NCBI GenBank assembly: GCA_976551045.1
Contig: CDPCPM010000598.1
Coordinates: 930,001 to 994,000, forward strand
DNA: 64,000 nt
Source of the DNA: Glaucostegus cemiculus
Lineage: Eukaryota
Direction of reading: 5' to 3'
Numbering within the stretch: position 1 is the first letter of the stretch; each line of letters starts with the position of its first letter. Shown here piece by piece: positions 54,301 to 64,000 of the stretch. The notes beneath the pieces were generated by a model. That model was not told the origin of the DNA. It saw only the letters and a program-made list of their open reading frames with translations, and made no database searches. Position numbers and translations under genes: made by a program.

Positions 54301-55439
54301 ATTCTAAAGACGAGCCCTGGCCTCCCCTGTAGTTTTGTTGTGTAATACACAACAAAATACATTAAAAACACAATGGTGTTTCCATTAGCTGGTTCTGGAA
54401 TGAAGCCAAAAGTAATTCTTAATCTTAAGGGAAAAAAGCCATGTATAAATTGTTTCAAGTTTTCATTTTATCAACATTAAGAGATCTAAATAAAAATCTT
54501 TTCCGTTAAGCATGTTTCTTTGAACATGCATGATTCTCAGGATTACCTAATTCCGTTTTTAATTGGGTGAAACCTGGAGACTCGAAGGCCAAGTTCTATG
54601 TCGCCTTTGTGGAGCCTCTTCCTAAAGGTTACCAGAGGATAATGTCAGACCTCAAGGGAAATATACAATAGATGCCTCACAGAGGAAAAGGCTTACTATT
54701 AGGGTGTGTGATGCTTTCTCTTTGGACACATTCCAGAATGCTAACTATGAATATGTGGAAAGGCTGCTCCTTGTTAGGAGCAAATAGCCTTAAGAAGAGA
54801 ACCTGTTAGAATAAATCATGAGAACAAGAAAAACTGGGTTGGACACCTGGCAAGCACTGTGTTCCCTGGTTACTTTTAGTACCAAACAGAAATGTCTCAA
54901 CTAAAATTCTTGTATGCAAGGTAAGGTATGCACTACAGAAATCACTGCAGAGTAAACAGTACAACTAAGGCATCAATAAGGTGCTCATTATAAACTACTC
55001 AAACTTGGCGTTACAACTTTGTTGAGCTTGGCTACAAAGGCTTGCAGCAATAATTACTTTTTAAATAAGTCAAAGGGTCTTTACACTATAACTGAAAAAT
55101 ATTTATGACTTTTTTTGGGTTAAATCCTTCCACGTTTCATTTCTCTCATCATTACCACCACTAATCACTGACCTGCTTCACATCCCATTTGCTACCATCA
55201 ACTGCCCTCTCACCAACAATCCCCCTCCCTCAAGATCAGTGAGAGCCACAAATGAACTGCAGCTAGATTTGATTCTACTGCAACGAAGTGCATATCCTAG
55301 ATGAGGAAGTCACTGTCTTACACAACATAGACTGAGATTCAACCCACCTCAAATAGGTTGTCAAACTGCCTATTGTCAATTAACTGCAGTGTACTAAATG
55401 CTCTGATGTCTCTTGCTCATCTAGTAAGCAACTGTAAAA

Positions 55440-55760
55440 TTCATGGAAGGCCAAAGTTCAATGCACATTTCATGCAAGGTTAGCTATGCTCAACCACTTT
55501 GCAACAAGAATGCTAGACCTGATTGAATACCCCCAGGCTTAGTGAGGAGGAAACCATGTAGAGCTCCTGCTTTTGATAACAATCCTGCAGCCTACAAATG
55601 CACATTGTAGAATGGGTATGAACAGGATCAGGCTTGGTGCGAATGCATAGAACAGTCTTGTGAACTACACATGAACATCAACAATGCAGTTCTTGGGCAA
55701 GTTATCATCAGCACTGATTCAGTCATTAACGTACTGGGAAAAGAGCTGAAGGAAGGGATC
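55440..55760 (+). mobile_element. Ancient LF-SINE-like relic
   Basis: ccccaggcttagtgaggagg...ctcctgcttttgat...gaacaggatcaggcttgg...cacatgaa resembles the element at 29180-29480. Confidence 0.4.
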
Positions 55761-55849
55761 GGGGAGAACTAAAATCACATATCCTAGAGAAAGATAAGTA
55801 TAGCCTGAAGCCCTACGAGTTCCCATAGGCATAAAGAGGAAATGCGTCT

Positions 55850-56170
55850 AGTTAAGAGTCAAACTGTTCAATGAGAGAATGTGTTCAGCTGGGTGAAGGA
55901 GGGTTGAGATGGACGGCCTGGCAGAACCTCTGTTCAATGAGTGAAGTCCCCTCAGGCCATCCTGGAGGGGAATGGCTTGAAAAAAAAAATTGGATGTATG
56001 TAATGAAAATGAGCAGTTTGGGACCTGGAAACTGGAAAGTGTTAAAAAGTGGCAGAACACGTCAGATGTGTCACAAGAGGTAAAGCTTTGGGGTCGAGGG
56101 GAGAGTGTTGTTGGGAAGACACCAGACAAGGGGAGAAAGCAGAGTCAAGATAGGCAGAAATGAGTTGGGA
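55850..56170 (-). mobile_element. Penelope-like element fragment (reverse)
   Basis: Reverse complement of a GIY-YIG-region-like sequence (CDT..VFCHF, ISTLLHPAEHI). Confidence 0.45.
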
Positions 56171-59100
56171 TAGAAAACAGGATTAAACAATGATGCTACA
56201 ACAACTGTCTCAACATTCAGAAGACAGAAAAAACAGCTGTGCATGGTTGGGGGATTAACAGATGGAACTTCCAATTCCTTTCAATGCTTATAACATTTCT
56301 TTTTGGGCAATTTAGTGCATCAATTTCAGAAAAATACCCAACTATGTAAAACTTAAGTCACCGGGGCAACATTTTCTTCAACACTACAGATTGCAGAGAG
56401 TTTGGTGCATGCTGGAAAATATTCATCTTTAGTTTAAGACTCGGCTTAAAGAAATGAGACAAATTGCTGCTTTGAAAGGCAAAATATAAAGGTTACCATT
56501 TGAATGCAAATCCAACTAAAGCAATTAACTTTTTCCATTTATCCTCTGAGCTGGGTAGCTGTCAAAATGTCTTTCACCTCTGTTTTTACTTCATGTCGCT
56601 CAAACTTTCTTTTAATCTAAAAATGTGAATGTTCTTTGTTTGGCATCAGGTTTCCCTTCACTGCCAGTAGCATTATATTTTCAGTGCAATATAACTCAAG
56701 AACAACAATGAGGGCGGAAGGCTACAGTGTTGGAATTGGCATCCTTTTTCTATGATGTCAAACCAATGTTTCAACAAGTTTCTATTCTGGTGGTTGAAAA
56801 TGAGTATTAAAGATTCCAAATCATTCGAAAAGTTTTGACATTGTCTACCCAAATATGTTCCTCAATGCAATATCAAAAACAGGTGGTTATTCATTTCATA
56901 GTTACTTCTGGGATCTAAGTGTGCGTAAAAATTCTAACATCTCGACTCCCTTAAGACATACTGGGCTCAAAGCAGCTCATCATGCAAAGGGTCACTAAGG
57001 AACATGATATAAACACAACTATTTATTTCTATCTATAAATACAACAATATTTCTATCTATTATTTCCATCCTGGGCTTCACTTCACTCATTTAAAATGTG
57101 AGTATCCATTAAGCTATTAAGCACCTCTTCCCTGGTCCAGGAATTAATGTTTGCAGATTATTCAATACCCTTTCATACCTCACCCTATAATTTTGATACA
57201 ATATCTCAATCAATTTTTTTTTGCCAGGAGTTAATTAACAAACGATTTGTGTGTTTTTGGTGTGATAAATTCCACATTTCACTGCTTTAAATAAAACGAG
57301 ACACTGAAACATCACTCTTGTCATAAATTATCCCTTATTTGGTACATAACATGCAATCATGAACTGATCACTTCATGAGATACAGAAGAATATATGGGGT
57401 AATTTGACAAAATATTTTGATATAAAGTATTTTAAACAGCAAAACAAATAATCTCAGTTTACATGGCATGTTAAAATCAGTATAATCATCTAAAATAACA
57501 TGTGCTACATGGCTCCATATTTTGATAATTGTGAATAAAATGGTTCAATTTTATTTCAATTTATGCTGACCTACTGATGCCACACAAATAGCCATCGATA
57601 TCCTGACTGGGGATGGAGAGGATTTGCATGTCCAGCCAGCAAAGCAAGCAAACAAACAAACAAGAGGTAGTAATCTAATATCAAGAATCAGAAACATTCC
57701 AATTCCAAATCATTCCTGATGTTTACAAAATTTCTATTAGTTATTCTATATCCTGTCCCTGAAAAATATCATGAAGGAATAATTTCAGGTAGTGTAAAAC
57801 CTGTTCAATCATTTTGCATGTGAAGACTGGCTGCTTGCTATATTTGATTCTGTAGGTAACCGTGCGAGCTAGGAACTGACAAATTACACCCAATTAAATA
57901 ATATTCCTAACCTGCAAATGAAACAGACACTGATTACCTAAAAGCAAGCATGAAAACTGGGTGGCATTGATCACATGAGTCACAATGCACAGGAAACTAT
58001 GAAGCTGTACATCTCATTTGTAGAAACAGAACCTTTATTGCTTTGGTTTATTCCTTCATCCTCAATGGATTAATACAAATGAAAAGACCAATTGTGTTAC
58101 TGTTCACTAATAATGTTTTCCAATCCTGGGCTTCTTGTGTACTGCCTTTTTATTATAACTCTAGCCATGTAAAATTATACATTCAATTCTGCATTTCATT
58201 TTAGAAAAAAACCGCAGCAAAATATGTACAACTATCTACTTTCACCAATAACATTCTGCAGGCATATCAGTCTTAATCTGTTTTAATCTTGAAAAAGCAA
58301 TCAAATGAACAAGCTGGCACTTTACCAGTGAGACACCATCTGTCATCCAAGGCATGTAAGCTATTTCCTGTTACACTGCATGTATCATAGGCCAGTCAGA
58401 GTCTGATTATGGCAGACCACAAACAGAGTTTTCCAGGGACTCTGACACACACAAAGCACAGCACATTCTTTAAAGAAATCCACATTATTATTCCTCATCT
58501 ATTATTACTGATAGATTAAGAATGATATTTTTCTAAACTAGTATGTAAAATTACTTTACACTGCATCTTAACAGCAAAGTTGCTCCATGATGGTTTCTTT
58601 GATGAATTCAGTATTTGGGAGAAAAATGTCAATTGTTAATTTGATCATGACAAGGACAAATTCTTCGAGAAGGAAAATAATTCTGCAGGGGAGATAGTAT
58701 ACAGTAAAACTCTGCTGTCCAAACTGTTCTGAAATCCTGATGGCTGTGCATCTGGCTCACCAGGTAATGTTTGCTGTGTTCCTTCCCACTCAAATGGAAT
58801 CCAGTTCCCATGTTCCACTCCCAGTTACAGGAGCCCCTGTTCCTACACTCCCTTTCAACTCACCTGGTTCTATTTCTCTTGAAATTTGTCAGGGTCTTGT
58901 TTCCAGTGTTCCCTGTACACCCAGAGTTCACTGGAATATTTATAATTCTACTGTGCAACATCTTAAAAGACAAATTAACATGCATAACATCCAACAGTCC
59001 GGAGAACCTGGCACCAAAGTCCTGAGTTGCTGGATTAATGGAGATAGGTATATGCCTCAATTTTAGAGATTAAGAAATTGTAAAAGCTACAATTGAAGGA

Positions 59101-59962
59101 CTATGTACAATCTAGGTGAGCTACCTTCTGGAATATCTGCAGTCTTTCCCACAGTGCATATCAGAGCTATTTTTGCAGCAATTGTCTTTATGTGATGGAC
59201 CCAGCTAAATTGTGAGATTGGGGGTAGGTCAATCTGCATTTAATTTGATTACCATCCTTAAGGGCATTTGACAATTCACTGAGATTCAGTATCAGGAATT
59301 GCTGCACAGCTTATTTGGAAACTGATCTTAGTGGCAAAGTGGGCCTTTTTATGCCAAGACTTGGTTTTTCAGGAAAAGAAACCTTCTCTTGATATCTCTG
59401 CACCATTGCTTATCACAGTGCTCTTGTGCATTTGAGTTTCAATTCTCATTTGGCATGGTATAGCCAAACATAAGATAGGAAATTATGGGTTGAAACCTAA
59501 AATTCCAACATCATGACAAATGTGGATCAATGAGGGTGATCCTTTCCCCACCTCTGATCCCTCAATTCTAGCTTGGTGATTCAAAGCTACATTGTTTGCT
59601 TTGTGAATAAACTCAGCAATCAAACATTTACAGCTCCATAACAAGACAACGCTTATTTCAATGAAATCAAAGTTTTACAGTTGTGAAGGAAATAATTACT
59701 CTCAGTAACAGTGCCCACTACGCACAGACTACCTCACTCAATGACTGTTGGGTTAATATTTTAAATGTTTTGCTTCTTGGATGTTTTCCAGCAGGTAACC
59801 TTACTGGTCAACAACATATATGTCAAACCTTTCTCTTTCCAAAAAGAGTCAAACTACATACTGCAAGATGTTTAAAACTTAAATCATTTGTCTTCAAATA
59901 TATGGGGCATGAACAATTTTTTGATTGTAGGAATAATACTTGGAATTTAATAAGATACTTAC

Positions 59963-60071
59963 AGATCATAATGCTGATTCCACTTTGGGTCTAGGGTGTT
60001 CTTTACTGTGTCTGTAGAATGGCACTGGCCTGAACCGTCCACTACTATTTTTGCAAAGGGATCAGGGAGTC
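59963..60071 (-). CDS. SMURF2: SMURF2 exon 3 (109 nt), C2 domain: RLPDPFAKIVVDGSGQCHSTDTVKNTLDPKWNQHYDL
   Basis: Acceptor tttccatttag, donor gtaagt; manual translation. Confidence 0.97.
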
Positions 60072-61950
60072 CTAAATGGAAACAAGATGCTATCATTTTT
60101 TTTGTTATAATGCTACCTTCATTTCTTGATAGAAATGAATCACTATGAAATATAGAATTGTATTTATTCTTAGAATGAACAATGCTGCATACAAATTACA
60201 CCTTTTCAATGAAAAAACTCCTATTCTCAACTCAACAAATGAAGATATTTCACTTCCTCTCCAAAAGGCAGCGCTTCATATAGTAGGGCATGGCACCTAA
60301 TGAGTGTATTCACTGATAACTGCGATGAATACTTTTCTTCCATCATTTAAGTCTCCACACAAAATCTTAATCTCTTTACTCTAAAGGAGTTCATTGACAG
60401 GTGACTGCATCTCATACTTATTTCTTTGATTTCTGGTATTAGTACTTTGCTTTTCACCATTACATATTACTGAACCAAACCATGGGGTCAATTGACAGAA
60501 GTTTGATATAATGCTGCTTCACGGAGCCAACACAAAACTATTAAATAGCGAAGTCAGCAAAATATCAAGACAATTATAGAGCAGTCCTCAAAATGACAAA
60601 ATAACAAAGGGAATCTGCAGCAGGTCCAGAACAAGAGTTAATATAGGTAAGAGGAAAAATAAGTCCACAGAGTTTGACAAATTAAACAGTCTTCAATCAG
60701 GCAAAAAAATACAATTATTTTGTTCCCAACGTAATTGAACTCTATGCCAAGATAAAAAACAGAAAATGCTGGAAGTACTTAACAAGTTCGTCAGCATCTG
60801 CACAAAGAGAAGCAGAGTTAGCATTTAAGCATGATGGTCTTGCATCAGAACATTTGTATGCCCACCTTACTCCATCTCAGCTGGAGAAGAGCATACTCGA
60901 GCTAGGCAGCTTCAAAAGTTTGGAAGTGGGGAGATAAAAGGAGAGGTAAAAAAATTAAAAAGAATTTTCAGCCAACAATTTGTTCTCAGGTAACCTTAGA
61001 GGAAATAGTCCTGATACTTTGATAAACAGAGTCTTATTTTCAGGACCTGCACTTTGCTGGCATGCCCAGCAATTATTGTCAATTCTGAATTTCCCTGGAG
61101 AAAGTGGAGGTGAGCCAATATAAAACGCTACATATCAAGAGCTAGTAAATAGGCTTAGTATAAATGGTTACTTTATGCTTGCCATGGATACTGTAGGCCG
61201 AAGGACCTGTTTCTGTACTGCTTTGCTATAACATTAATTATTTCTACCTGGAATTACACTTTTCAAGTATTTCTTATTCCAAACCATAATAGTCATTAAA
61301 ATGCATGATGAAAAAAAACCAAGACCACCTTTTTTCCACAAACTATTTGCACATCAAACCATTCAAACCTTTCTACAGTTAATTTCTCAAAAATGGATTA
61401 ATATTACTCTTAAAATACATAAAAGGTCCATTAACTCAATGCTGAATTTTTGAACTATGTGTTTACATCTAGGTGGCAGAGCGACAAAAGGTGAAAATAG
61501 TGTATAAAATAGGTCAAACTGGTCTGAGAAATGGTACCCTCTGGTAAAACATCAATGATTCAGTGCACAAAAGAAATAAATTCCAGAGCAATGAATTATT
61601 TTGTTGGGATGGAAATTAGCCATGTGGACTAAGACCCAATTTCAATCCTTGGTTTGTGCTGTGTTTCTAATATTGTATTAGAACAGTTTTGAAATATCAA
61701 TCCAAATAAGTTCATGTAAATTTGCAATGCATGAATATACCTCTGAATGCAACCTACAAATATCGTTACACTGCACTATAAATAGAACAGACTTCTGACA
61801 ATTATTTTTAAGATCTACTTTACTCATTAGAATGGTATGCAAATGATTTTTAAAGTGCATTATTATCCAACTAGCTTCCTTTCAAGAAAAAACTTGTATT
61901 TTTACTAATATTGCTGAGACAGAATTGTCTCATCCAGCTGGAATACTTAC

Positions 61951-61989
61951 TGAAGAAGTCTTTCTTCACCAAATTCTTCGCACATAACA
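61951..61989 (-). CDS. SMURF2: SMURF2 exon 2 (39 nt), C2 domain: (V)LCAKNLVKKDFF(R)
   Basis: Acceptor ttttcctttatttctag, donor gtaagt; translation matches the start of the SMURF2 C2 domain; phase 1-1. Confidence 0.95.
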
Positions 61990-64000
61990 CTAGAAATAAA
62001 GGAAAAAGATTACTTAATTTCTGAAACAATTCTACACCTTATCAAAATATCTGAGCATTTTAACTAATGATTTAAGCAATGGAACTCATTAGATAATTCA
62101 ATTATAGGCTAAGAAAAAGTCACAAATGCTATTTATGTGAAACCACCAGGAAAGAATGTTCTATTACCAATGTTATAGAAATGGTTTAAAATATGCAGCC
62201 GATTGTCAGTGCACTAAAATCAAGTTGAATTTATTCCATGATCAACCTGACAAAATACTGCAAAAGCTAGCTACACTTCATGCTTCCTATTGCTAATGCT
62301 GTGAACTTTCTTAAAATTTGTGACAACGCTGTATCCAATTAATCTTAAAACATTCAGGCATTTTATTTAAAAGCATCCATTCCCTAATCCATGTAGGATC
62401 AAATAGCAAAAGCACAGTTAATGTACATGCATCCTTAAACTCAATGGCATGCAAATGAACCAAAGCTATCAAGTATCACAAAATTCTGTACTGTGTTATG
62501 AATTAAAAAACACAGAAATAACTATAGATTGCATAACCATAAAATAGTCACAAATTACAACTGTAGTGACAAGCACATGCTTGCAGAACAGCATTTGAAA
62601 TCTACCAGAATAGCTATCGCAACACTCATATCTTGAAGTGCCATTTGAATGTTGACCTGTAGTTCTGAACCAATTAGAATAACAGAATGTTGGCAATGCA
62701 TCAGTAAGATTTTCTTAAGCCAGCTCTTCTATTACTTTTGCATTATATGTAAAATTGGGTAACATTCTAAAAGCAATAATAAACTTTACTGGCTCTATCA
62801 ACTTGTCAAAGTCTCATCACCCTATCCAGCCAGTAGATCCTTAGATCCAAACCATCACAATACATTGCAATCTGATGCACAGAATGCAGAGTCCCCTTTT
62901 CTGTGATATATTGGGGTGCAGAGACCAATGAACAAATAAGCATGTGAATGCAGAGTTCGCAGATAGTATTCATGTCATTCTTCATATATATGGATTAAAA
63001 TGAGAAAAAATTTAACCAACTTTCATAAGAACTATGCATTTCTTTTTTGCTGATCCAATAGTTATAAACAATAGAATTTTAGATGCAAGATCACCACATC
63101 TTTCTTACAAATTTCTTACAAGTCATGTTTAGTTGCAAGAAACATTTCTTTTCAAGCACAAAAGCTTGATATTTTGTCTATGAAAAAATGTATTAACAGT
63201 CATAATCCTAGTTTATATTATAATTGGGAAAACTCTAATCTTTTCAGTCTACACACACAGTCAGATTAGTAATGGAGTTACTCTAGTGAATAACCTCAAG
63301 TAGTTTCAATCAATTTGCAATCCCTAAACATTTCAATGATTTCCAACTTGAAAATAAGCCTAAAATGCTTTATACACAAATCATGCACATCAACTGAATC
63401 GATAAGTTTGGTAAATGACAGAAAATGAACATGAATATGGAATTACTAACATTTTCTATGGTACTAAAGCCAAGAAGAAAGCAGAACCTCAAACATGTTG
63501 GGGAAGATGAATTTTGAGCGAAGTCTTGGGATCACAAAGGGATTAATTTTAAACAGTGCAATCAGGCAGGTTATCTGAGAATTACACAATTATCCTCACA
63601 ATTTTTGCATCTTAAAATGGATGAGGATGGCTGGGCACTGGTTTTTCAGTGGCTAATGTATAACTGTACATAAACTGACCAACACGATAAAAATGGTGTC
63701 TAATGGAAGGGGAAAGAATGAAACAACACTAACCAAAAGTTTCAAACAAAAAGTAATAGATTCATTCACCATCAGCCTTTAAAAGACATGAATGATAGCA
63801 GATGTATACACTAAGTGCTTACTTGGGTTCAAGTATTTTTTTAAAATCATAAGTACTTCCTTTCATGTTCATAAACTGCTGATATATTACGTGCTAAAAT
63901 AGTATGCAATGCAAGTGAAAATGCTGCACTTAAGTAACACGAAAACACCAAATTTTGGATAGAGGAAAGCAATCATGGTAACTCTGCCAAATCAAAACAA

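Larger units (their letters stand above)
2095..61989 (-). other. SMURF2: SMURF2 gene body (partial: coding exons 2-11 plus introns); the gene extends beyond both window edges
   Basis: Ten GT-AG exons of 39, 109, 134, 66, 85, 84, 203, 85, 159 and 211 nt splice into one open frame closely matching vertebrate SMURF2. Three WW domains distinguish it from SMURF1, which has two. Confidence 0.97.

Noticed and set aside
57960-58000. AP-1 (TGAGTCA), E-box and ETS-like motif cluster as an enhancer
   Set aside because: Short motifs like these are expected by chance in 64 kb and cannot be supported without conservation or chromatin data.
61990-64000. SMURF2 exon 1 or promoter
   Set aside because: There is no CpG island and no MSN...LRLT coding segment; this is intron 1, and exon 1 lies beyond the window.

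Overview
Eukaryotic, AT-rich vertebrate genomic DNA, most likely a cartilaginous fish given its V-SINE/HE1-like, Deu-type SINE, CR1, Penelope, Rex1 and RTE repeats. The whole window lies inside one minus-strand gene, SMURF2 (C2-WW-HECT E3 ubiquitin ligase). Ten coding exons (2-11 in human numbering) were read by hand. All have GT-AG boundaries and join into one open frame encoding most of the C2 domain, WW1-3 and the linker up to the start of HECT. Exon 1 and the HECT exons lie outside the window. The introns are full of decayed transposons, including the 3' end of a Gypsy element and an 835-bp solo LTR. Most ORFs in the supplied track are spurious. The best novel signals are: (i) a frame-preserving 48-nt candidate cassette/microexon in the 24-kb intron 10; (ii) Leu in place of the Thr249 phosphosite and a polyQ-proline-rich insertion; (iii) a complex templated insertion at about 41.5 kb; and (iv) weaker candidate poison and alternative terminal exons. 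I see no evidence for a new multi-gene system. Exon coordinates were counted to the base; repeat boundaries are approximate and family calls come from recognition, not database searches.
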